Shown here one piece after another: positions 1 through 9,615 of a DNA stretch of 20,000 nucleotides; positions within the stretch are counted from its first letter, which is position 1, and each line of letters begins with the position of its first letter. The notes under the pieces were generated by a model, which ran no database searches, had not been told where the DNA came from, and was given only the letters and a program-made list of their open reading frames with translations. Position numbers and translations under genes: made by a program. The stretch spans positions 74,773,495 through 74,793,494 of the forward strand of contig NC_057719.1 of assembly GCF_004010195.1 (NCBI RefSeq), read 5' to 3'. The stretch comes from Chiloscyllium plagiosum (taxonomy: Eukaryota).

Positions 1-277
1 TGAACTCCAGTATGACAGAAATTTAAGCAATAAATATGAATGCCAAGAGAGTGAGCCATCCTCCTACCTACACCCCACATCTAACAGCATTGACCATAGG
101 TTTATATGAATCAAGCAAATTATATTGGAAGTATGGTGAGATGTGAGGATTGTGTTAGAGTATTAGAGTTTGCGAATTGGATCAGCCATGATAAACTATC
201 CCTATTTTACCCACCAATTTTAGTTTTAAAAATCCTGAAGGGATGTCCTACATACGATTGTTTCGAAATAGATTAAA

Positions 278-1117
278 ACATAGGAGCAGGAGGAGGCCAT
301 TCAGGCATTTGAGCCTGCTCCACCATTCATCACGATCATGGCTGATCTCCAACTCAGTGGTCTAATCTTGCTTTCTCCCAATAACCTTTTGATCCCATTC
401 ACCCCAAGTGCTATATCTAGCTGCCTCTTGAATGCATTCAGTGTTTCGGCATCAACTGCTTCCTGTGGTAATGAATTCCACAGGCTCACCACTCTTTGGG
501 TGAAGAAATGTCTCCTCATCTCTGTCCTGAATGGTCCACCCTGAATCCTCAGACTGTGACCCCTAGGTCTGGGTCCACTATCGGGAATATCCTCCCTGCA
601 TCTGCCCTGTCTAGTCCTGTGAGAATTTTATAAGTCTCTGAGATCGCCCCTCACTCGTCTGAACTCCAGTGAAAATAATCCTAACCTAGTCAATCTTCCC
701 TCCTACATCAGTCCTGCCATCCCCGGAATCAGCCTGGTAAACCTTAGCTGCACTCCCTCAAGAGCAAGAACATCCTTCCTCAGAAAAGGAGACCAAAACT
801 GCACGCAATATTCTAGGTGTGGCCTCACCAAGGCACTATATGACTGCAACAACACATCGCTGCTCCTGTACTCGATACCTCACGCAATGAAGACCAAACA
901 TACCATTTGTCGTCTTTACCACAGGCTGCACCTGCATGCTTACCTTCAGTGACTGATGCACAAGGACACCCTGGTCCCATTGCACATTCCTCCCAATTAC
1001 AGCCATTTACATAGTGATCCGCATCCTTGTTTTTGCTTCCAAAGTGAATAAGTTTACTTTTATTCAAGTTAAACTGCACCTGCCATTGATTTGCCTACTC
1101 ATCCAACCTGTCCAGAT
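278..1117 (-). mobile_element. CR1-type LINE, 5'-truncated 3' fragment (end of ORF2 plus tail)
   Basis: Minus-strand ORFs give FNLNKSKLIHFG (825..1079) and RRHFFTQRVVSLWNSLPQEAV...FKRQLD (301..519), typical CR1 ORF2 C-terminal motifs. Frameshifted. Ends approximate. Confidence 0.88.
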
Positions 1118-1685
1118 CATGCATCTATTGTTAGAGATACCAAAAGCAACTATCAGACATAGGATTTGTACCAAATTCTGTTGTTGTCTACATCCTTGCT
1201 CATTATTGTCATTTATTATTGGGAACATCGGTTGTCATGATGAAATATTGGCAGAGAGAAACTAGCACACGGAAATGTAAAGAGAGAGAATTGAACTGGT
1301 GACCATTGGGGTAAAATAAGATTGGTTGAAATGTGTGATGATGTTGCATGTTTATGATGTGGAATCTCTTCTCATACTTCCTGAAGTTGTCTACTTCCAC
1401 AGGCCAGCACAAAACGTCCTGTCAACAGCCCATACTATCCATTACATCAGTGAATCATACACTGTCCCTGCAACTCCAAATTACTTGGAAATGAGTAGAA
1501 AATAAGTTGTTGGATTACTGTGTTGTGGATTGACAGTCATTAATTTAAGTTCACTAGTCAAGAAATACACAGAAGCAAAACATTGATTTAATTTATTATT
1601 GTCACATGTATCTAAGTAAAGTGAAAAGGTTTGTTTTGCATTCAGCATTGGCAGAACATACCATTAAAGATCATAGAGTGATTGT

Positions 1686-1812
1686 GATGTGGAGGTGCCG
1701 GTGTTGGACTGGGATAGACAAAGTCAGAAATCACATGACTCCAGGTTATAGTCCAATAGGTTTATTTAATATCACAAGCTTTCGAAGCACTGTTCCTTCC
1801 TCAGGTGAAGTG
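1686..1812 (-). mobile_element. Short repeat resembling a Penelope-like element terminus, containing a minimal hammerhead motif
   Basis: Resembles a common shark repeat (ccggtgttggactggg...ccaggttatagtccaa). The minus strand of 1772-1808 reads TCAC CTGAGGA aggaacagtgcttc GAAA gct t GTGA. Confidence 0.6.
1772..1808 (-). ncRNA. Minimal type I hammerhead ribozyme motif (activity unknown)
   Basis: CUGANGA and GAAA core boxes, stem I UCAC/GUGA, imperfect stem II, and palindromic AGCU in place of stem III, followed by UH. Confidence 0.6.
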
Positions 1813-2319
1813 TGATCTGGTGATAGAACAGAGTGAGGAATATTTAGTTATGGTCGCAAAGAAGGCACATAAACAGTGAGATCGACATTAGATTTGAAAT
1901 TTGAGAGGTCCAAATTAGAAGTCTAATAACAGTGGGGAAGAAACTGTTCTTGAACCTGTTGGTTACATATATTTAAGCTTTTGTATCTTCTGCCTGATGG
2001 AAGAGGTTGGAAGAGATTATAAGATAGATCAAGTATTGAGGATGCTAATAATACAATTGATTTTTTTCCAATACCTAAAACCATTCCAAAAGCTGAATAA
2101 GCGCTCAATTCTTTAGCAGTTCTCCCAATGAATATTTCTGTGTGATGAAGTACTTGTGAAAGGAAAACTAACTAACTTTGTAAACCATCTTAAACTATTT
2201 CCTCTCGACTTGGAACACACAACCTTTTTTTTCCTGGCCTGGGTAGAATGCTCAACACAAGATCCATATCACTTCCTGTTCCATTTGTTAGAACATGCAA
2301 TGGGCTCAGGCAGTCTTAA

Positions 2320-2880
2320 TCTATAGAATCATGAAAATAAACAGCACAGAACAAAGCATTTGGCCCATCCTGCCAGTTCCATGAAAATGCTGTCAAATTA
2401 GTCCCTGTCCCCCAACCGTTTTGACAGTTTCCTCACATTTATTTTCCTTTCCGAGTATAAATGCAAATTCTTTTTGAAATTTATTATTGGATCTACTTCC
2501 CAGAGATGCATTCCCGATCATAACTAATCAAGGTGTTTAGGTAAAAATCTTCTCCCCTCTCTCTCTTTTTACAGTTGTCTTAAGTCTGCTTCCCCGTGCG
2601 ATTTATTTTTCATTCTTCTATTGCTCGTTTAGCCAGCATTCACTGCCTATTCCTGATTTGCTCTTGACCCGACTGGCCATTTCAGGGAGCAGTTCAGAGT
2701 CCATTATGTTGCTATGGATCTGAAGTCATAAGCAGACCAGACCAGATAAGGATGGCAGATTTCATTCCCCAAAGGAAGGAAGATAATGATTATAGTTTCA
2801 CTATTGCCATTACGGAGATTAGTTTGCAATTCCAGAATTATTAATGCAATTGAAAATCCACTGGATGCCTCATAATTTTG
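2320..2880. repeat. Old degenerate interspersed repeat fragments, family unassigned
   Basis: LINE-tail-like segment at 2321-2380 (atagaatcat...cagcacagaa...ggcccatc) and a segment at 2630-2780 (gccagcatt...ggatggcagatttc) resembling common shark repeats from memory. Confidence 0.4.
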
Positions 2881-4064
2881 AACTCTTTGATTGAATCTCC
2901 CTTTCTTTAAAGAGTGAAATCTCTGTTTCATGTACTAGTTAAAAAAATAAATGATTATATCCTGATGGGAAACTGGAGTTCAGATTGACAAGAGGTTTGA
3001 ATTCGAGCATGTTCCCCTATGTTATGATCTGGAGAGGAAGGGATATCTGGTTTTGCTCTTTTCCTATTCATTGTTTGATTGCAGAAGATTTTTTTGAATA
3101 TTTTTAATAGAATGCTGGATAGCCAGGTTCACTATGTACTTGACCATGTCCATTCTTTTCAGAAATAAGCCAGACAGATGTTTTTGAATTGAATACAAAA
3201 GTTTATTTTATTGCTAAAAGCTCCTCAAATTTAAAATGCTGAAAATGTTTTGAAATAATCCAGTGACCATTGACCTGTTCAAACTCCACATATGCAGAAA
3301 CCTACAATTACAGAGTATCTGTATTAAGATTGAGAGTTAACACTTAGAGTTAAACTTGAATAAGGAGAAACACAGATGAAAGAAGGAAGGTCAATAATAA
3401 AAACTCAGGGGTTAGGGTCAGGGCTATGCTTACTGGCCAGTCAGCTGTTTGGTCCTCCAATAAAGGACTCATTTTTCACAACAGTGTCTGGTATATTCTG
3501 TTTTCTCCTGGAGACCATGTTGTTGAATTGAAATCTTCCTCTTACCTGCAGCGAGGCTTTCTGTTTGGTTTCTCGACCCACAAGTAGTTCTCAAAGCTTT
3601 TGAGGGAATTTTTAGCAAGAGAGTGAGGTGCTGACTTGTTCAATCCAAATTCTGACATTCACATGCACACAGTTGCATGATATCTCTCCATGTTTGTTAT
3701 ACATTCCAAAATGAAGTGAGCAGTATCTATCAGCCATTGCAATAGCTGACATGGTTAATTTTAATGTTCTTACCATTAACTCCTTGAATCCTCCATCTAG
3801 ATAAATAGGAGTCATGTTTGGCAGATTGTCTCTGTAGGGGTCACCACCTCCATCCCACAGAGATGTTATTCAGCAATGATATTCGATTCATCTTGAATTT
3901 TAGCCAGTGTTCTGTCTCTCTTTCAGTTTATAAACTGTCCTTATAACAATCCAAAGCATGGACACAGCGTATGAAACTTTAACTTGAAATTTGAAATAAA
4001 CACATGTTTGTAACACTAAGGTTACTTGAGATATTAGAGGGAAAGTCTAGTGTTGTAATGTGTA

Positions 4065-5155
4065 TAAATATGTCATATAAATGATTAGGATGTGAACATA
4101 AGAGGTATATAGTAAGTTGCAGATGACACCAAAATTGGAGGTGTAGAGGATCGTGAAAAAGGTTCCTCAGGGTGCACCAAGACCTTAATCAGATGAGTCT
4201 ATGGGCTGAGGAGTGGTAGGTGGAATTTAATTTAGATGAATGCGAGGTGCTGCATTTTGGAAAGGCAAATCGAAGCAGGACTTATTCACCTAATGGTAAG
4301 GTCCTGGGGAGTGTGGCTGAACAAAGAGACCTTGGAGTGCAGGTTCATAGTTCCTTGAAAGTAGAGTCGCAGGTGGACAGGGTATTTGGTACAGGACGTT
4401 GGTTAGGCCACTTTTGGAATACTGTGTTCAATTCTGCTCGGGATGTTGTGAAAATTGAAAGGGTTTCAGAAAAGATTTACAAGGATCTTGCCAGGATTTG
4501 GAGGGTTGAGCTGGAGGGAGAGGCTGAATAGGTTGGGACTATTTTACCTGGAGCGTTGGAGACTGAGGGGGTGACCTTTATAAAGATTTATAAAATTATG
4601 AGGGGCATGGAGAGGGTGAATAGCCAAAGTTTTTTCCCTGTGATGGGGGAGTCCAAAGCTAGAGGACATAGGTTTGAGGTGAGAGGAGAAAGATTTAAAA
4701 AGGACCTAAGGGGCAACGTTTTCACACAGAGGGTGACGAGTGTGTGGAATGAGCTGCCAGAGGAAGTGGTGGAGGCTAGTACAATTATAACATTTAAAAG
4801 GCATCTGGATCAGTATATGAAAAAGGAAAAATGTGCAAACTCCACACAGACAGTCGCCCGAGGCCGGAATCAAACCTGGGACCCTGGTGCTGTGAGGCAG
4901 CAGTGCTAACCACTGAGCCACCGTGCTGCCCATGGTTAACCAAATCTGAACTGAGATAGACACAGGGAAATAAAAACAATTATAAGAAAATCAAATAAAA
5001 TGAAAGACAAAGCAACGGGGAAAAACAAGGTGGCGGACATTTGGATAATCCCAATGTGCTGGCCAAATGTTGGCAAATGGGACTAGATTAATCTGGGATA
5101 TTTGGTCGGCATGGACTAGTTCGATTGAAGGGTATGTTCCTGTGCTGTACATCTT
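4065..5155 (+). mobile_element. CR1-type LINE 3' fragment, interrupted at 4830-5063 by an inverted insert
   Basis: YINDL/ADDT-like RT region near 4075-4130. ORFs 4220..4531 (FNLDECEVLHFG, RDLGV) and 4556..4909 (RGH, FTQRVTSVWNELP, FKRHLD). The 3' UTR resumes at ~5064 (caaatgttggcaaatgggactag...gtgctgtacatct). Confidence 0.88.
4830..5063 (-). repeat. Inverted duplicate of 5494-5714 (5' part of the SINE plus its upstream flank)
   Basis: Direct reverse-complement comparison shows near identity apart from a few substitutions and one ~13-nt indel. ORFs 4706..4963(-) and 5503..5811(+) share ISVQIWLTMGSTVAQWLALLPHSTRVPG. Confidence 0.95.
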
Positions 5156-5612
5156 GACTAAAGGGCTGACCTTTCAGCATGTAGTTGCATGCTTTTGAAC
5201 TTCCAACAGTATTGGTAAAGTTTAAATTCCTTTTTTTTTAGAAGGGAAACCTATGCAGAGGCTTCATGAACTGAAATGTAGCTGACTACTGACAGTATTT
5301 ATAAAAGAAAACAAAACACAGAATTCTGCAAATGTTGGAGATAAAAAAACAATCCGGGGGAAGTAGTGATAAGTAACGATCTATAATGTTTTCTGAGATG
5401 CTGCCTGACCTTCTGATTGCTTCTAGTGTTTTCTTTGTTTCTGATTGTAGAGTCATGTAGCACAGAAGGAAGCCATTCAGCCCTCACATCTGTGCCAGCA
5501 CATTGGGATTATCCAAATATCCGCCACCTTGTTTTTCCCCATTGCTTTGTCTTTCATTTTATTTGATTTTCTTTTTTCCTGTGTCTATCTCAGTTCAGAT
5601 TTGGTTAACCAT

Positions 5613-5922
5613 GGGCAGCACGGTGGCTCAGTGGTTAGCACTGCTGCCTCACAGCACCAGGGTCCCAGGTTCGATTCCGGCCTCGGGCGACTGTCTGTGT
5701 GGAGATTGCACATTCTCCCCGTGTCTTCGTGGATTTCCTCAGAGTGCTCCGGTTTCCTCCCACAGTCCAAAGATGTGCAGGTCAGGTGGATTGGCCAAGC
5801 TAAATTGCTGATAGTGTTAGGTGCATTAGTCGGAGGGAGATGGGTCTGGGTGGGTTACACTTCAGAGGGTCAGTGTGGACTGGTTGGGCCAAAGGGCCTG
5901 TTTCCACATTGTAGGGAATCTA
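5613..5922 (+). mobile_element. HE1-like tRNA-derived V-SINE, near full length
   Basis: A box TGGCTCAGTGG (5624-5634), B box GGTTCGATTCC (5668-5678), V-SINE core (ttctccccgtgtc...ggtttcctcc...ccaaagatgtgcagg), LINE-like tail (gggcctgtttccac), followed by an A run. Confidence 0.88.
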
Positions 5923-6147
5923 TAAAAAAAAAAACCAGGAAATCTGGGAAGACTATTGCATTTCTCGCATGTCTCCATGTTTTAACAGGATGTTCTGCAA
6001 TTTGAGGATCATCATTGTTGTAGAGAGTGATTGAGTGGAGTTGCTGTCATTCTGCTTACCATTAAGTTGAAGAAGTTGAAGAATCTTGCTTTATACCCAC
6101 ACTACCATGCTTCACTTCACTGAGTTTGATGTAAACTTTAAAAACGG

Positions 6148-6295
6148 TGGACCTGATGTTATTATTTATCAGTTATATAAATGATTTGGATGTGAAAGTA
6201 GGAGGATTGGTTAGTGAGCTTGTAGTTGACAGTGAAGATCATCTCCGAGTGCAATGGGACTTTGATCAGATGGGCCAGTGGGCCAAAGAGTGACA
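6148..6295 (+). mobile_element. Small CR1-type LINE RT fragment
   Basis: tatataaatgatttggatgtg (YINDLD) and gactttgatcagatgggccagtgggc resemble the LINE sequence at 4075-4210 in this window. Confidence 0.6.
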
Positions 6296-6382
6296 GCAGA
6301 AGACTTGAAGACTATAAACAAGGTAGGGGAGCATGTCAGTCTTGAAATCTCCTGTTAATGTTAGCCTTTCTTATTGTCGTAG

Positions 6383-6481
<99 letters not shown>

Positions 6482-7088
6482 TAACATTTTACTGTTATTG
6501 ATTTACCAAACCTGAATAGATTTTTGTTGCACTGATCTAGTTATAATCACAACATAAACCTATGCCTTTGAATTAAAATTGTTTTACTTACTTAAGAAGG
6601 GTAATGAAACATTGCAGTCTTAACCGAGGGAGGGTGTGAAGCTCGGCGAAGCTGCAAGTTGGCTTTATTTACATTCTTTCACAAATTATGCTGTTTCTTA
6701 TGTATAAATAGCTTCATACTGCATTAACTCCAAGACAGCCATGTGGTGCTGTGGTGCTTTAGACCATATTCCAAGACATGTGGAGCTGAATTGAAATCAC
6801 TGAAGAACAAGTGAGTTTAATCAGAGGAGCCACGTGATTGTAGAGGGTTATCAAGATGAAAGAGGTTGGAGATGGGGAGACATGACGCCATGGAGGAGAC
6901 TGAACATGAGGTTGAAAAAGTTAAACTTGCTGTGTTATTGGGCCATGGTCTCTTGACGATCAGTGAGTGCATGGGGTAATGGATGAATAGGATTTAGTGA
7001 AAATTAGGACAAATACATGGTTTTTGGATGGCCCCCAAGCTATTGGAGAATAACGGATGGAAGTGTGATTATGAGATCATGGGGTACT

Positions 7089-7282
7089 GAGTCAAAAAGT
7101 GTGGCGTTGGAAAAGCACAGCAGGCCAGGCAGTATCCGAAAACCCGGAGAGTCAACGTTTCCCTTTGGCTTATGCCCAAAATATTGACTCTCCTGCTGCT
7201 CGGATGCTGCCAGACCTGCTGTGCTTTTCCAGCACCACACTTTTTGACTCTGATCTCCAGCATCTGCAGTATTCACTTTCTT
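7089..7282. repeat. Inverted pair of Penelope-like terminal repeat fragments (foldback)
   Basis: 7089-7161 is the imperfect reverse complement of ~7178-7250 (gagtcaaaaagtgtgg / ccacactttttgactc; ggaaaagcacagcagg / cctgctgtgcttttcc). Same family as 9495-9615. Confidence 0.8.
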
Positions 7283-7474
7283 CTAGATTATGGGTATAGC
7301 CAATCCCAGCGATTCGAATCGTGGAGTAGTGTGTTATGGGTGAACTGAGGCAGGGAGTTAGAAGGATGACATTGTAGAATGAAGATGTACACCAACGGGT
7401 ATGTGTCTTTGATGGTGCTGTGGACATAGGCCAGAAGCTTGCTAGGAGTCAGGTGGGGCACCCAGGCTGCAGAG

Positions 7475-8720
7475 AACTGATAGTGGCTGAACTGGTAACC
7501 CTCAACTCCACCTTTCTGCCTTTTCCTCAATAACTCTTGATTCCCATGCTGATTTAAACATCTGTCTATCTCAGCCTTGAACACACACAACAATCCAGCC
7601 TCAAAAGTAAAGAATTCCACAGCTTCACTCCTCTCTGAGAAGCTTCTCCTTATCTCTATCTTAATGTGTGAACTCTTGTTTTGAGATTTATGCTGTCTGA
7701 TCCTAGAGTCCAGCAATGGGAAATAACTTTTCCACATGTACCCTGACAAGTCTTCGGGTTGTATGCTTTTATTAGGTTGCCTGTCATTCTTCTTTATTCC
7801 AACAAGTACATGCACAACCTACTCAACCCCTCCTCATAAGACAGTCTCTCTGAAGCAGTTGGCAGCATAGTGAATCTTCTCTGGACTGCCTCCAATGATG
7901 CTTTCTCCTCCGTATTCTAGCTGTGGTCTGACTGGCACCTTGTGTAGGTTTGCAAAACCTCCCTGCTTCTATAATCCATTACCTTTGAAACAAAGGCCCC
8001 ACATTAGAGTGGCACGGTGGCTCAGTGATTAGCACTGCTGCCTGGCAGCATCAGGGACCCGGGTCCGATTCCATTCTCGGACAACTGTGTGTTGGAATTT
8101 GCACATTCTCCCCATGTCTGTGTGTGTTTCCTCTGGGTGCTCAGGGTTTTGTCCCACATTCCAAAGATGTGCAGATTAGGTGAATTGGCCATGCTAAATT
8201 GCCAACAGTGTCCAGGGATGTGCAGACTAGGTGGATTAGCACTGGAAATGCAACGTTCCAGGCATAATTTAGATAGGTGGGTCTGGGTGGGATTCTCTTT
8301 GGAGCGTCGTTGTCGATCAATGGGCTGAATGGCCTATGGGGATTCCATGATTTTCCTTCCGTATTACCTACTGAACCTGGATGCTAGCTTTCTGTGACTC
8401 ATGGATGAGGCCTGTGATCCTTAGCTTTCTCTACTTAGCTCCTTCATTCTCCCTGCCAAAGTGCATGCCCTCACACTGTATTCCATATGCCAGGTTTCTG
8501 CCCACTAAGTTAACCTGTCTCTATCCTCTCTACAGAGTCATGGTTTCATCTTCACCACTTACTTTCTCACCTACTTTTGAGCTCTAATACATTCACTTTC
8601 TCCTACTAAGTCATTGAATTTCTATTGCAAATAATTGTGAACTCAGCGCTGATCCCTGTGGTACTCCAATAGTTCCAGGTTGCCATTCTGAAAGTGCCCA
8701 ATTCATCCTAACTCACTGCC
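7475..8720 (-). mobile_element. Degenerate CR1-type LINE, interrupted by a SINE at ~8007-8350
   Basis: Similar in layout to 278-1117. Minus ORF 7288..7815 includes VFKAEIDRCL. gatccctgtggtactcc at ~8651 reads as a GVPQGS RT motif on the minus strand. Confidence 0.7.
8007..8350 (+). mobile_element. HE1-like V-SINE (diverged copy)
   Basis: ggcacggtggctcagtgattagcactgctgcc head, degenerate B box ggtccgattcc, core ttgcacattctcccc...ccaaagatgtgcag; homologous to 5613-5922. Confidence 0.85.
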
Positions 8721-8942
8721 TGGAAACAAAGGTTGGATTATTTCATGTCTGCAAGTTAGTTGGTTGCACTTTGCCTTCTCTAAACAACCTTCCACCTACC
8801 CCCCCCCCATCCTGAGCAAAGTGATTATTTTTGAGTTGGTGCATATTTGGCAGTATCTCTGGGTTTTTTTTACATAATGTATTAACTTTTAAAGCTTTCC
8901 ATAAGAAATAAGGACCACAGTCAGAAAGTGGAGGCTTTTAAG

Positions 8943-9273
8943 TTAGATTAGATTACGTTACAGTGTGGAAACAGGCCCTTCGGCCCAACAAGTCCACACT
9001 GACCCGCCGAAGCGCAACCCACCCATACCCCTACATTTACCCCTTACCTAACACTATGGGCAATTTAGCAAGGCCAATTCACCTGACCCTGCACATCTTT
9101 GGACTGTGGGAGGAAACCGGAGCACCCGGAGGAAACCCACGCAGACACGGGGAGAACGTGCAACTCCACACAGTCGGTTACCTGAGGCGGGAAATGAACC
9201 CGGGTCTCTGGCGCTGCGAGGCAACAGTGCTAACCACTGTGCCACCGTGCCGCCCACTGCCACCGTGCCGCCC
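8943..9273 (-). mobile_element. HE1-like V-SINE with a duplicated 5' end
   Basis: Reverse complement of the same head, core and tail; short (ttaga)n tail at 8943-8954. gccaccgtgccgcccac occurs twice (9241-9257 and 9259-9275). Confidence 0.88.
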
Positions 9274-9494
9274 ACCTGTGATCAGTTACCTCTGTGATCA
9301 GCGTAACTGTGATCAGCCTCTGTCAACGCTGTAGCCCCTCTGTCCCATGACACCTGATTAGGTATGAATGCAACCCCTCTTTATACTGTTAATTTGCATC
9401 AGCAGGAGCAAACGCATCACTCACTTCCCGTTCTGCATCCCTCATCCCAAGTGCTTCATGCCTCCCTTGACTAACAAATCCAGGAGACAGTCAG

Positions 9495-9615
9495 GGATGC
9501 AGATGTTGGAGTGTCCGAGTCGAAAAGTGTGGCGCTGGAAAAGCACAGCAGGTCAAACAGCATCCGAGGAGCAGGAGGGTCATCGTTTCAGGCCTGAGTT
9601 CTTCATCAGAAATCC
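9495..9615 (-). mobile_element. Penelope-like terminal repeat fragment with a degenerate hammerhead motif
   Basis: Homologous to 7089-7282. Minus strand reads CTGATGA agaactcaggcct GAAA cgat across 9609-9582. Confidence 0.65.

Larger units (their letters stand above)
1586..2020 (-). mobile_element. Rex1/Babar-like LINE 3' end, interrupted at ~1686-1815
   Basis: Minus ORF 1923..2108 contains LFQPLPSGRRYKSL, resembling the Rex1-like C-terminal LPSGRRYR motif. 3' tail-like sequence (tttattattgtcacatg on +) near 1590-1608. Confidence 0.6.

Noticed and set aside
5613..5685. tRNA gene
   Set aside because: The A and B boxes belong to a SINE head that continues into SINE core and tail; the same head occurs four times in the window.
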